Below the pieces are notes generated by a model, which made no database searches, was not told the DNA's origin, and saw only the letters and a list, made by a program, of their open reading frames with translations. 64,000 nt of DNA from Isurus oxyrinchus (lineage: Eukaryota): contig JANJGN010000026.1 of NCBI GenBank assembly GCA_026770705.1, positions 37,944,001-38,008,000 of the forward strand, read 5' to 3'. Of the stretch, positions 48,241 through 63,259 are shown piece by piece; within the stretch, counting starts at the first letter, position 1; the number at the start of each line of letters is the position of its first letter. The position numbers were made by a program, and so were the translations under genes.

Positions 48241-48808
48241 ACCATAAGACATAGGAGCAGAAATTAGGCCATTTGGCCCATCGAGTCTGCTCTGCCATTC
48301 AATCATGGCTGATAGGTTTCTCAACCCCATTCTCCCGCCTTCTCCCCATAACCTTTGATCCCTGACCAATCAAGAACCTATCCATCTCGGTCTTAAATAC
48401 ACTCAATGACCTGGCCTTCACACCCTTCTCTGGCAATGAATTCCATAGATTCACCACTCTCTGGCTAAAGAAGTTTCTCCTCATCTCTGTTCTAAAAGGT
48501 CGTCCCTTTACTCTGTGGCTGTGCCCTCGGGTCCTAGTCTCTCCTACTAATTGAAACATCTTCCCCATGTCCACTCAATCAAGGCTTTTCAGTATTCTGT
48601 AGATTTCAATGAGATCCCCCCTCCTCCTTCTAAACTCCATCGAGTATAGATCCAGTGTCCTTAAACGTTCCTCATATGTTAAGCCTTTCATTCCTGGGAT
48701 CATTCTCGTGAACCTCCTCTGGACTCTCTCCAGGGCCAGCACATCCTTCCTGAGATATGGGGTCCAAAATTGCTCACATTATTCCAATTGTGGTCTGACC
48801 AGAGCCTG
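48241..48808 (-). mobile_element. CR1-clade LINE 3' end
   Basis: ORF 48299-48574 (GHSHRVKGRPFRTEMRRNFFSQRVVNLWNSLPE) and the 3' tail. Confidence 0.9.
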
Positions 48809-49467
48809 ACCAATTGCTGGTTTATGAGTTAAAACTGCTTCCAGCTTCACTGGAAGCATGGCAGGCATGCGGCCTAGTGTACAATCAATGATGGTATTTA
48901 AAGTGGCAATTTCCAGTCAAGCCGCTGTACCAGCAAAACTGCTCAGAGTCAATGGGTTAGAATAGACATTTACTGGGGAACTGGGAGAATTGGGTGCAGT
49001 TCAAACATAATCCAGGTGAGAAAGATCAGATGTATATGGTTTGGGGGAATGATTGGAAAACTCCTTCTGAACTTTATTCACATCAAAATGAGTGAGGAGG
49101 AAAGATTGGATAGAATGGGCCTGTTTTCTTTGAACAGAGGAAGCAAAGGAGATTTAATTGAGGAATTTAAAATTATAAGGATCGAGATGAAGAAGATAGA
49201 AAGGGCTTATTTCAGTGAGCAGATCGATCAATAATCAGGGGCGTGGATTGAGAAAGAAACAAATCCTCATATTTATAAAGTGCCTTTCACCACCATCGGA
49301 ATCCCAAAGGGTTTTATAGACAATTATGTACTTTTGAAGTGTATTCACTGTTGTAATGTATGAAATGAAGCAAACTCCCACAAACAGCAGCGCATTGATG
49401 ACCAGATAATATGTTCTTGTGGTGTTGATTGAGCGATAAATATTGGACAAGACACGGGGCCCTGTTA

Positions 49468-50150
49468 CAGAGTCATAGAGTCATAGAGGTCTAAATCACA
49501 TAAAAAGGCCCTTCGGCCCATCCATTCTGCACTAGTCAAACAAGTACCTAACTATTCTAATCCCATTTTCCAGCGCTAGGCCCATTGCCTTGTATGCTAT
49601 GGCATTGCAAGTGCACTTCCAAACATTTCTTAAATGTTATGAGGGTTTCTGCCTCTACTACCCTTTCAGGCAGTGAGTTCAAGGGTCCCACCACCCTCTG
49701 AGTGAAAAAATTATTCCTCACATCCCCTGCAAACTTCCTGCCCCTTACCTTAAATCCAAGCCCCCTGGTTACTGATCCATCCAAAAAGGGGAATAGTTCA
49801 TTCCTGTCTACCCCATCTATGCCGCTCATAATGTTTTACACCTCAATCATGTCCCCCCTCAATCTCTTCTTCTCCAGGGAAAATAACCCCAGTCTATCCA
49901 ATCTGTCCTCATAATTAAAACTCTCCAGCCCAGGAAACATGCCAGAAAATCTGCTCTGCACTCTCTCGAGTGCAATCACATCCTCCCTCTATTGCAGATT
50001 CCAGAACTCCACGCAATACTCTAGCTATGGCCTAACCAGCGTTTTGTACAGTTCCAGCATAACTTCCCTGCTCTTATATTCTACGCCTCGACTAACAAAG
50101 GCAAGTATTCCATATGCCTTCTTAACCACCTGTCCTTTGTCAAAATTGTG
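49468..50150 (-). mobile_element. CR1-clade LINE 3' end
   Basis: ORF 49557-49829 (NFFTQRVVGPLNSLPERVVEAE) and a (CTATGACT)n-type tail. Confidence 0.88.
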
Positions 50151-51029
50151 ATTTGGGATCTTGTACATCCAAGGGCAGACGAGGCCTCAGTTTAACATCT
50201 CATCAAAAAGGCATACTACACTCGAAAGTGCGGGCTCCCTCTGTATTGTACTGGAATCTCAGCCTAGGCAGTTGTGCTCATGTCTGGCAATGGAGTTTAG
50301 CTCACAACTGTCTACGTTAGAGGCACGAGTGGTACCAGCTGACCTATGGCAGACTAAACAATTCAAATTAACATATCTGGTGGAAAAATTAGAGAAAAGC
50401 TGTAGACTGGTCTATTTCACACAGAATATGGTGGGGGTCTGGAACTCATTGCCTGAGCTGATCATAGAGGCAGAAACCACCATTGAAGGAAAGGAAATAA
50501 CACATGGAAAAACATCTGTTGGGCCGTAACTTACAAGGCTAAGGAGCAAGAGCTAAAACATGGGATTAGACTGGATTGTTCTCTTTCTGCTGGAATGGAT
50601 ATGATAGATCGAATGGTCTCCTAATGGATCATAAATATTTCTGTTTCATTGTTTCAATGTTTCCATTGATGATTTTCTTTTCCCTGTGCCAGTTGTGTGT
50701 TTGCTCAATGAAATATTTCCATAAGGCAATGTAGGAGGATTCAATTTTCAATGTGGAGCAGAAGAGAAATGGATCAACAGAGAAACAACACATTTCCGAT
50801 TAGAGCAGAAATAGGTAACAGAAACAGAATGGCTCTCTCATCTTTAGTTTCTTCGCTGGTCCCATTTGGTCCCATTCCATTAGCATTGCTTTTGCTTGGC
50901 ATCCTCGTCCCTGATGTTGTTTGTTCTCTTCTGCCTTCCACCCAATCACAAAAATTCTCTCCTGCTATAAAGGCTTTAATAATAGCTTCTAACGTTTCCC
51001 TTAACATTTGTCAAGGTCACCATGATTTT

Positions 51030-52275
51030 CTGCAAGGGAAATATATTTAACCAATTTATTGGAGTTCTTTGAAGAAGTGACATGTGCTGTGGATAAGGGG
51101 CAACTGGTGGATGTATTTTACTGAGATTTCCAGAAGGCATTTGATAAGGTGCCACATCAAAGGTTTTTGCTGAAAATAAAAGCTCATGGTGGAGGGGGCA
51201 ACATATTGACATGGATAAAAGATTGGTATGAATGGGTAATTTTCTGGTTGGCAAGGTGTAACGAATGTGCCTCAGGAATCGGAGCTGAGGCCTAATTTTT
51301 TACAATTTCTGTAAATGACTTGAATGAAGGGACCAAAGGTATGGTTTCTAAATTTGCTGATGACATAAATAAAAGTAGGAAAGTAAGTTGTGAAGGGGGC
51401 ATACAGAGGCAAAAAAGGGATGTGGACAGGTTACGTGAATGAGCAAACATCTGGCAAATGGGGTATAATGTGGGCAAATGTGAAATTGCCAAATTTTGGC
51501 AGAAGGAATAAAAAGGCAGCTTATTACCAAAATGGTGAGAGGTTGCAGAGCTCTGAGATGCAGAGGGTTGGTGGTGTCCTCGTGCATGATTCACAAAAGG
51601 TACAGCAAATAATTAGGAAAGCTAATAGAATGTTATCGTTCATTGTGGGGGGAACTGAACACAAAAGCTGGGAAGCCATGCTTCAGTTTACAGGGCAGTG
51701 GTGAGACCACACCTAGAGTACTGTGTACAGTACTGTTCCCCTTATTTAAGAAAGGATGTAAATGCATTGGAATCAGTTCGGAAAAGATTAGAAGGCTAAT
51801 AGCTGGGATGGGCAAATTTTCTTCTGAGGAAAGGGTGGGCAGGCTAAACTTCTATCTGCTGGAGTTTAGAAGAATAAGAAGCGACTTGATTGAAACATAT
51901 AATATTCTGAGGGGTCTTGAGAAGCTGAATGTGAAAAGGATGTTTCCTCTTGTGGGAGATTCTTGAATTAGGGGTCACTGTTTGAAAATAAGGATCCCTC
52001 ATTTAAGATAGAGATGAGAAGTTTGTTTTTCTTTCGGAAAGCATTGAGTCTTTATAACATTGTTTCCCGATGAAGTGATGGAAGCAGAGTCTTTGAACAT
52101 ATTTTTTAACAGAGGTAGATAGATTCTTGATTAGCAAGGGGGTGAAAGTTTATCGGGGGTAGGTAGGAATGTGGAATTGAGGTTATAATCAGATTAGCCA
52201 TGATCTTATTGAATGGCAGAACAGGCTTGAGTAAACTACTCCTGTTCCTAATTTGTATGTTTCTCTGTTCGTACA
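51030..52275 (+). mobile_element. CR1-clade LINE RT fragment
   Basis: FQKAFDKVPH, SKFADD, RSDLIETYNIL motifs with stops and frameshifts. Confidence 0.88.
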
Positions 52276-54099
52276 TTTGCAATGTTCTTTCCCTCTCCTC
52301 CTTTCCCTGTCTGTGTACTTTCTTGTAATTTATAATACCTTTCTTTTTCTATTTCATTTGATAGTTCACGGACCTGAAGCATTCACAGTGGAAAGGGAAA
52401 CAAGTTGAATATTTCAGCACGCTGACATTTTATCCAAACTGGAAGACTTTAGAGATTCAATAGTTTAGCAGCAAGTACAGAGTCAGGAGAAAGAGAGTGG
52501 GAGAGGAGGGAAGAACAAACGGTCTTGTTAGTGAGGTTGGAGAGATTAAATGACAACGTGATTCAAGGCAAAATTGGGTGATAATGAGACAAGTAAATAA
52601 ACAAATGGGACAAATGAAGAAACGAAAAACACGTCCAGAGTGGGTTCAAATGGTAACAGCAGAACTATTACCAGCACCTACTGTCCGAAAACATTGGAGG
52701 GTTGTTATGATCTGAAGTTGTTGAAGTGACTACTGGGTCCATAAGGTTGTAAAATGTCTGATCAAAGACACTTCCATTGAGCTTCATTGGAACACTGCAG
52801 GAGGCCAAGAACAGAGAGGGCAGAAAATGAACGCACTTGAACACTCCATGGTGATGTTTCACAAAACAGTCGCCCAAGCCAGCTTGAGTCTCCTCAGTGC
52901 AGAGGAGACTGTATCATGAGCAGTGAAAACACGATAATGAATAGCAAAGGGTAGCAATCACTGCATCACCTAGAAAGTGTGTTTGGGGCCCTAGAATGTG
53001 GGAAGGGAGGGGGTGAAAGGGCGAGTACTGCATCGGTTGTACTTGCATGGAAATGTTTCACTGTGATGTTCATAAGAACACAACAAATAGGAGCAGAGGG
53101 AGACCATACGGCAATCTGAACCTGCTCTACTATTAAACAATCTTGCAGCTCAACGTCACTTTCTCACCCTATCCCCACATCCATTGAATCGCTTAGTATG
53201 CAAAAGGTAATGGACTTGTATTTGAATATACTTAAGACCAATACATTTTCATCTGGAAAATGCACAGTAAAAGTGTACATGAATTACAACTGCTCCCTAT
53301 CAGTGCTCGGCAATAATGTTAACAATTTAACGTGGCCTTGTGTCACCGCACTGAAATCCTGCCATTCTCAGACACGCTGTTCTTCATATCGTAATTGATG
53401 GATAGACAGCCCACTGTTTCATTATAAGGCAACTTTGTAGATGCTCCGTAGTCTTACAGACTAGCTCATTGGATCTGCTCATTCCATCTCCTATTCTGTT
53501 TAGCTAATGCGGAAAATTAATAAAATAGTGAAACATACAGCGATTTAATACACCACATACAGTGGTGAGTTCATTGCTCAGATAAGCTGAGGTCTCCATA
53601 TTATAACATACAGTTAGAAACGATGCAAGAAGTGAGCGATGGAGGCAATGCAAGAAAGATTTATTGGACTAATGCTATAGCTGACAGGTAATACCTGTCA
53701 AGAAATATTGAACAGGCTGGAGATGTTTATTGTGGAAACGTGAGTGAGGGGTGACTTGATCCGGGAATTTAAATCGCATAAGTGTTTCTACAGGCTAGAC
53801 AGTTGGAAGATGTTTCCACTTGTGCAAGGATGAAAATAAATACAACTTAGTAATGAATCTAATGCGCAGTTCAAAAGAAACTTCCTGAACCAGAGATAAA
53901 AACAGAAAATGATGGAAATACTCAAAATATCTGGCAGTATCTGGGGAATGAGAAACAGACTCAACGTCCGTGTAATGATGCAGTGCCGTTCTAATGAAAG
54001 GTCATAGACCTTAAATGTAAACGATGTCTTCCTTTCCACAAACACAACAGATCTGCTTAGTGTTTCGATTCAAAAATTTCGACTCTCAATGGCTGGAAG

Positions 54100-54500
54100 C
54101 TTACCCAGCATTCTCCGCGGGTAAGAATGTGCCCTATCCAGGCGAAAGGGAGCATGCTGCGCAGCCGTACTACCGAGCTGGAAGTTGAGCATGCGCAATG
54201 CGGTCCCTAACTGGTACATGCGCAATGCGAGTTGTGCCTGGAGTTCGGCGGAGAAGGGAGAAACAATCGAGTGCGGTTGAGTAATGGAGCCGCTGGATAG
54301 GTGGAGAGGATTAGAGCCAGTAGAGTGGGCGGGGAGGATTAATAAACACCCGGTGGAGTCCTCAAACCCCCCCCCCACTACGAAGCTACCGATCCTGCGT
54401 TTGCACAGGACGACAATTGTTGGCCTGCTCAGGGCCACAGGCCCGAGTTAATGGCCGCCAAATTTACCAGTGACGAGGTGCAGCAGGGCGCATGCGCGGT
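54100..54500 (+). promoter_or_regulatory. CpG-rich promoter island with NRF1-type motifs
   Basis: GCATGCGCA repeats near 54190 and 54216, GCGCATGCGC at 54488-54497, GC box GGGCGGGG at 54327-54334. Confidence 0.6.
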
Positions 54501-54700
54501 CTTCAAGTCCCTGTCAACAGGAGACGACAATTTGTGAATTTCTACCCTGGGCTGACAGGGATGGATTTTGGAAACTCCATTTACAGGGGGTGAGAAGGGG
54601 TGAATTTCCACACAGCAAACTTAAATCAAGAGCAATGTTTGTCTCTTGTAAATTTCTATCCTAGGATGACAATAAAGGTCTTTGTAAATTTGTTTTACAG

Positions 54701-54850
54701 GGTTATTCGAAGTGGAGGATTGACAGACGGGAAACTTAAACCAAAGGTCACATCAAGATCTGACAGAGTCACTCGATTCATCAGGACCTGAATATCATCA
54801 GCATCTGAATGTGGAATGAAAAAGCTTTGTCTATTCTGTCTATGGCAAAG
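54701..54850 (+). pseudogene. Truncated duplicate of the 5' end of the zinc-finger exon
   Basis: CATCAAGATCTGACAGAGTCACTCGATTCATCAGGACCTGAATATCATCAGC closely matches 58140-58195 and follows a similar TTTTACAG acceptor. Confidence 0.65.
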
Positions 54851-56299
54851 CACCAAGACACACAAACCCTGGTTAGACCACACCTAGATAATATGTTTAG
54901 TTTTGTGCAACAAACCTAAGGAAGGATAGAATGGTCTTGGACAGAATGTTGCGCAGATTTACCTGAGTGATACCTGAACTCCATGGGTTTAATTACAAAA
55001 TGAGATTACAGGGAGGACCCATAGAGTCATTACGGCACAGAGGAGGCCATTTGGCCCATTTAGCCTATTGCTGGCTCTCCAGAGCAATCCAGTGAGACCG
55101 ATTCCCCTGCTCCACATCCCTGTATACGTGCAAGTTTATTTCCCTCAAGTGCCTATTCTCCCTCACATCCCCCTGTATCTCTTACCCAAAAACTTAATCC
55201 TGTGCCCCCTCGTCCTTATAAAATCAACTGATGGGAATAGATTTTCTTTCTCCATCTTATCTAAAGCTCATAATTTTGTGCACCTCTATCAATCTGCCTT
55301 CCGCTCTTTGCTAGAACCATTCAGTTAAATCTTCTGTGCACCTTCTCAAGGACCTTTACATCTTTTCTGAAGTGTGGTGATCAGAGCTGCACACAAATAC
55401 TCAGGTTGTGGCCAAACCAGAGCCTAACAAAGATTCAGCATAACTTCCTTGCTTTTGAACTCAATAGCTCTATTTAAGAAGCACAAGATTCCAAATACCT
55501 TGCTTACTGCTCTCTTTATCTATCCTGTCACCCTCAAAAAATCTCTGCACATAAAGGGCCAGATCCCTCTGACTCTGTACACTGTTTTGACCTGTGCCCT
55601 GAGGCCGCTATTGTCTTTCTCTCTCTATCCTTCTTGTCAAAATCCATCACCTTGTTGTGAGGGTTGTAATCCCTGAAATTTAGAAGATTTAGAGGTGATT
55701 TGATTCGAGTTTTCGGAATATTAATTGGAGCTGACAGGGCAGACAGAGAGGAACGATTTCCACTGGTTGGGGAATCTAGGATGAGTGAGCGGAGTCCAAA
55801 CATAGAATCAGGTTCCAGCACCTTTTCAGGTAGAGAGTTCCAGATCCTGACAACTCTCTGTTGGTGCAGAAACTGCTGAACTCGATGTTGAGTTCTGAAG
55901 GTTGTAAAGTGCTGAATTGAAGAATGAGCTGCTGTTCCTCGAGCTCCCATTGAGCTTCATTGGAACAGTTCAAGAGGCAAAGGGCAGAGAGAGTCAGAGT
56001 GGGAGTGGGGCGTAGAATTAAAGTGACAAGTGATGGGAACTTCAGGGTCAACCCACAGACTGAACAGAGGTTGTTCCACAAAGTGATCACCTAATCTGTT
56101 TTTCATCTTCCCAGTGTAGAGCAGACCAGATCATGAGCAGTTAATACAGTAACTAAGCTACAAGAAGTACAAGTAAATCATTGTTTGTTTTATCCCACAA
56201 AATCTCAAATATAACCTGAAGGAATATACTTTATTTGATGACGAAAGGATCCAAATTAAATCAAACTGACTGCCAGAATATTAAATTTCACCCGAGCCA

Positions 56300-57242
56300 T
56301 AAAGATTGTTCGGGGGTAGGATTCGTAAGTTTGTGGATAACACAAAGATTGACCGGGTGGTTAACAGTGAGGTTGAGTGTCTTGTGCTACAGGAAGATAG
56401 ATGGGATGGTCAAATGGGCAGATAAGTGGCAATGGAATTTAACCCTGAAAAGTGTGAGGTGATACACTTTGGAAGGAGTAATTTGACAAGAAAGAATTCA
56501 ATGAACGGCATGACACTAGGAAGTTCTGAGGAACAAAGGGACCTTGGTGTGTGTGTCCATAGATCTCTGAAGGCAGAGGGACATGTTAGTGGGGTGGTGA
56601 AAGAGGCATAGGTGACACTTGCCTTTATCAATTGAAACACAGATTACAAAAGTAGGGAGGTCATGTTGAAGTTGTATAGAACCTTGGTGAGGCAACAGCT
56701 GGAGCACTGTGTGCAGTTCTGGTCGCCACACTATAGGAAGGATGTGATTGCACTGGAGGGGGTGCAGAGGAAATTCGCCAGGATGTTGCTTGGGATGAAA
56801 CATTTAAGTTATGAAAAGAGGTTGGTAGACTTGTGTTGTTTTCATTGGAGCAGAGAAGACTGAGGGGCGACCTGATCGATGTGTACAAGATTATGAGGGG
56901 CATGGACTGGGTAGATAGGGAGCAGCTGTTCCCCTTCGTTGAAGGGTCAGTCATGAGGGGACACAAGTTCAAGGTGAGGGGCTGGAGGTTTAGAGGGGGT
57001 GTGAGGAAAAACTTTTTTACCCAGAGGGTGGTGACGGTCTCAATGCGCTGCCTGCGAGGGTGGTGGAGGCGGGTTGCCTCACATCCTTTAAAAAATACCT
57101 GGATGAGCACTTGGCACATCATAACATTCAAGGCTTTGGGCCAAGTACTGGTAAAAGGGATTAGGTAGGTAGGTCAGGTGTTTCTCACTCGTGCAGACTC
57201 AATGGGCCAAAGGGCCTCTTCTGCATTGTGTGATTCTGTGAT
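56300..57242 (+). mobile_element. CR1-clade LINE 3' end, same subfamily as 3581-4678
   Basis: ORFs 56426, 56663, 56833; the same GGATTAGG(C/T)AGGTAGGTCAGGTGTTTCTC 3' UTR and an ATTCTGTG tail. Confidence 0.92.
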
Positions 57243-57269
57243 CAGCAGAAATAAACCCCAATGTCAAAG

Positions 57270-57780
57270 TCAACATGGTTCAGTCCTCAATGTGATTACC
57301 AGCAGCAATAACAGCAGAATCCAGCCCTTGCTGTTACTTGTAACTCCCTGGTCTGCCTGTGGGTTAGATTAACGAGTGAAGCTCTTTTCACACATGGAGC
57401 AGGTGTACAGCCCCTCCCCAGTGTGAACTCACTGGTGGTTCAGTAGTTCCCTTGTGCTTTCGAATCTCTTCTTGCAGTCAGAACATTTAAACAATCTCTT
57501 ATAAGTGTGCACTCTCTTTTTTACTGACAGTGTGATATAAATCCTTTCCCACACTCAGTACAGGAGAACAGCCTCTACCCTGTGTGATTGTGGCATTGAG
57601 TTTCCAGATCTGACAGATAATTGAATTGCTTTCAAGATCCCTGCATGGACACAGTTTCTCCCCAGTGTGATTGTACTTGTGTTTTAACAAGGGAGATGAT
57701 CAGTGAAGCCTTGACTACGCACAGAACACATATCTGGTTTCTCCCTGCTGTAAATGGTGCTCTTTGTGGGGCTGAAGTGA
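57270..57780 (-). pseudogene. Degenerate C2H2 zinc-finger gene remnant, reverse strand
   Basis: Reverse-strand CACACTGGGGAG (HTGE) linkers at about 57420 and 57660. ORF 57499-57690 reads KHKYNHTGEKL. The 3' flank at 57270-57350 mirrors 59208-59250. Confidence 0.75.
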
Positions 57781-58092
57781 GTCACAGTCCCAGTGACCAG
57801 GAGAGAAAATGATTGACTCATTTATTTTATTCTCACTCTGCAGACAGGAGCTGGAGAACTGAACCCAGCCAGAGGAGAGGGAGGGAGAAAACGGGGAGGG
57901 TGGAGGAAAAAAATGCTGGAGATGGTGAAATGGGTTTGGATATCAGCCCAGGGAGGAGGGAGAGTGTGTGGGATGGGGATTTACAGCTTTGGGGGAACTA
58001 GAGAGGAAAAAATATTCCATAGAAACTAGAATTGTCTGCTCTGAATTTCTATCCTGGACTGACAGGAATGACTTTGTAAACTGCTTTTCCAG

Positions 58093-59209
<1,117 letters not shown>

Positions 59210-59504
59210 CTCCAGGGGTTGGATTCTGCTGTTAATCACATCCAGGAATGAACCTTTTTCATTCTGATAGTTGGGCTTTGTTTCTGCTATGTTAATAACC
59301 CCAGATAATGGTGTGAATTTAATGTTGTGACAAGTGTTAAATAAATCAGCACTATTTGAAACACACAGTGTTGCAGCCCTGATTGCTCGAACAATGCCCA
59401 TAATCCCACAGCATCTCTCACACCGTCGATGTGTGAATAGAGCATCACATCTTCAAAATCTTATTTAAATTTAAATCGAAATTCACTCAACAAATGGATT
59501 TAAC

Positions 59505-60410
59505 AAAAGGTGTTCGCTGATGACTGCATAATGTTCAGCACCATTTGCAACTCCTCAGATACTAAAACAGTCCATGTCCAAATGCAGCAAGACCTGGACA
59601 ATATCCAGGCTTGTGCTTCCAAGCAGCAAGTAACATTCGCGCCACACAAATGCCAGGCAATGGCCATCTCCAACAATGAAGAATCTAACCATCACCCCAT
59701 GATGTTCAATGGCATTACCATCGCTGAATTCCCCACGATCAACATCCCGGGGGTTGCCATTGACCAGAAACTGAACAGAACTAGCCATATATATTCTGTG
59801 GCTACAAGAGCAGGTCAGAGGCTAGGAATCCTGCAACGAGTAGCTCACCTGACACCACAAAGGCTGTCCATCGTCTACAAGGCACAAGTCAGGACTGTGA
59901 TCCAATATTCCCTACTTGTTTTGATGTGTGCAGCTCCCACAACACTCAAGAAGCTCAACACCATCCAGGACAAAGTAGTCTGCTTGATTGGCACCACATC
60001 CAGAAACATTCACTCCCTCCACCATCAATGCACAGTACCAGCAGTGTGTACTATCTACAAGATGCACTGCAGGAATTCACCAAGGTTCTGTCAACAACAC
60101 CTTCCAAACCCACGACCACTACCATCTAGAAGTACAAGGGCAGCAGATGGTAACACCACCATCTGGAAGTTCCCCTTCAAGTCACTGACCATCCTGACTT
60201 GGAATTATATCATCGTTCCTTCACTTTCACTAGGTCAAAATCCTGGACTCCTTTCCTAACAGCACTGTGGGTGTACTTACACCACATGGGCTGCAGCAGT
60301 TCAAGAAGACAGCTCACCAGCACCTTCTCAAGGGCTACAAGGGATGGGCAATAAATGCTGGCCCAGCCAGCAACACCCACATCTTGTGCATGAATAGAAA
60401 AAAGTTGACC
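59505..60410 (+). mobile_element. L2/CR1-type LINE RT C-terminus with 3' tail
   Basis: ORF 59510-60259 (MFADDC...QQDLDNIQ...FAPHKCQAM...RAGQRLGIL...YKAQVR) and the GGGATGGGCAATAAATGCTGG tail. Confidence 0.9.
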
Positions 60411-61234
60411 CATCCTGATCAACCTTTCCTAAAGACAAACCCCTTCATACTAGGAATCAACCTAGTGAACCTTTTCTGGACAGCATCCAATGCAAATATT
60501 TCTCTCATTAACCTGAATCAGTAGTCAACTGACACAATTAATTTTAGGATTCTGGACAAATACAGGAATGGTTTGATTTTGAGAAAATAAGGATGTGGTT
60601 TCTGAAGCTGCTGTAGTTCTGCACTCTCACAAGGGAGGAGGTGGTTAAATGATGTAAGTGCCACCATTACACTGTGGAAATAATATAAAGATTGTATTTG
60701 GACAATGATGAGGGCTAAAAAGAGTAGATTCAGTCCAGTGACACTTGTAGGTTTTGGGGTTATTAATAAGAAATAATCTGAGTCAGCAACCCCACTGCAG
60801 ACTGGCCTGGTGAGTGGAAATGGCTTTCCAGCTCATTCTGAGTTGATATCAGGCAGGATAAGTGTGTCCAGCGGGTCTGGCTGTCCACTCCCATTGAGTG
60901 AGTTGTGGGAGCTCCTCAAACTCTCCCGGTTGAAGCCAGACCAACTGATCGGCTGGAATTAAATGGTTCCAGACATGGAAGGAGCATTAAACAACCTGTG
61001 AATTCTTCCACTAATTCACACTGTTCTCTTGTGTTCTACAAAGAGAATCACTAAGCTGTGTGAATTCCTGAAATAATCCCTGCTGTCCGTCCTGAACGAA
61101 TCCACTTCACCAACAAATGTTGAAATGTTTGCTCCATACGCACAGGGTTTCATCTGTTTCAAGCCACAAACAGAAAGGTCCAGTTTTCTCCTGGAGTTTG
61201 AGACAAATCAGCTTTCAAAATGATGCAGAGTTTC

Positions 61235-61395
61235 AGCCAATGAGGGAGAACCTGGCTCAGCCCCGCCCCTTGTTCACTTCAATTGGTTGGAGGACCAGCC
61301 AGTCTTGCTCAGTCCCCCAGTCCCGCCCTATCTTCCTATTGGTCCGACGTATCCTCAATCACTCCCCGGGCATTGTGATCTGGAGCATGCGCAGT
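61235..61395 (+). promoter_or_regulatory. Promoter-like block: three CCAAT boxes, GC boxes, NRF1-type motif
   Basis: CCAAT at 61237, ATTGG at 61282 and 61338, CCCCGCCCC at 61261, GCATGCGCA at 61385. Confidence 0.55.
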
Positions 61396-61427
61396 GCAGG
61401 TGATGTCCAGGGACAGAAGCTTGTTTG

Positions 61428-61560
61428 TCTAAAAACAAAGAAAACTGCGGATGCTGGAAATCCAAAACAAAAACAGAATTACCTGGAAAAACTCAGCAGG
61501 TCTGGCAGCATCGGCGGAGAAAAGAGTTGACGTTTCGAGTCTTCATGACCCTTCGACAGA
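61428..61560 (+). mobile_element. Solo Penelope-like terminal repeat
   Basis: Near-identical to 7497-7630 and 25297-25430. Confidence 0.8.
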
Positions 61561-63259
61561 ACGGAGGCGGACAAGCGGAGGCAGCGTTTGGGGCAGTGGG
61601 TGGGAGGGGAGGCTTCACAAACACCCAGTGGAGGCTTCAACACCCCCAGTAACAAAGTACTGGGCCCGCCTTTGCACCGAACGGAACGGCAGCTGCGGGC
61701 TTTCTCCCGGTGCCAGACCCAAGTGGACAAATGTGGGTTAATGAAGGAAATGCAGCAATGGGTTTGTTAATGAGAAATCATCTTTAAATAACTTTACTGA
61801 TCCTGGAGCAGGGAGCAGGAGGCGAGAAGGGAATGAATTTCTATCCTGGGCTGACAGGGATGGATTTGTTTATGAAAAATCATCTTCAACCAACTTTACA
61901 GGGTGCAGGCGGGGAGACTGTTTAAAATCACCTTTAACTAACTTGCTGGAGTTTTTTGAATTGGTAACAGAGCGGGTTGATGAAGGCAATGCTTTTGATG
62001 TGATGTAAATGGATTTCCAAAAGAGATTTGATACAGTGACACACAACAGACTTTAAATTGTGAGCAAAGTTCCAGCTCATGGAATAAAAGGGACACTAAC
62101 AACATGGATATGGAATTGGCTGAGTGACAGGTAACAAACCATTGTGGTTAATGAAACAAAAACAAAAAATGCTGTAAAAACTCAGCAGGTCTGACAGAGA
62201 GAAAGACAGAGTTAACGTTTCGAGACTGTATGACTTTTCTTCAGAGTGGTGGTTAGTGGTTAATGGATATTTTTCTATTTCCTTGGGGATTTTTCTCTGA
62301 ATTCAGTGCTTCTCATATCTTTCTGGTTGCAGGCTCCAGCAGGAGATTTTAAAACTGAAATTGTTTCGGTGATATTTTTGACCATTCATCTACAATTTAA
62401 AGCTTTTAGCTCTGTGCTGTGTTATCTGTGAGAAGTTCCACGTCTCTGGGGCTGATATGACCCCTTTACTGTGGATCTGAATCCACGTTCCTCCATTGTT
62501 CTGTTTCATCTTTGCCCTCTCTGCCATTGTCTAACTTCCTCTGCTTCTGATAATGAATGTATTGCAGTTATCTTTAGTATTTTATTGTTACTTCCATTTA
62601 ATCTGCCTAAATGAAGTTCAGCTGCTGCTCATCCCCCAACCATGTGCTACTGGCTTTCCAGCTTTATCTTCCCACAGTACCTTTCATAGTCAGGAATTGT
62701 TTTTCCTGTGCTATAGTCCATTTCTCTTCCACTTCTGACCTTATACTGTCCATTAAATTCTGCACCATTTTTATTCCGCGTAATTCATTCTGTGCATCCT
62801 GAAATATTAACTCTGTTTCCCTCTCCACAGAAATTGCCCGACCTGCTGAGTATTCCCAGCACTTTTTATTTTTATTTCAGATTTCCAGCAGCTGCTGTAT
62901 TTTGCTATTATTTTATTCCAGGCATCACTCGGAGAACCAAGTCTATAAACACACTGATTAAGAGCCGGGTTGCAGCGTGGTGGGCTTTGGAAGCAGAAGT
63001 TGATCTCTGGTCTCCAGTATGGATCCTTTTTCATTGAGTCATAGAATCATTGAGTGATTGCAATACAGAAGAAGATTGTTTAGAACGTTGTGCCCAGGCT
63101 ATCTCTTGGCAAGAGATCAGCAGCAGATATCACCAATCCCCAGTTGCCACTGGAGAAGATGATGTTTGACCTTCTTGAACGACTGCGGTCCGTGTGGTGA
63201 AGGTGCTCCCACAATGATGTTAAATAAGGAATTACAGGCTATTCACCCAGTGATGATGA

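Noticed and set aside
61117-61530. 137-aa ORF
   Set aside because: Reads through promoter motifs into a repeat terminus; no domain.
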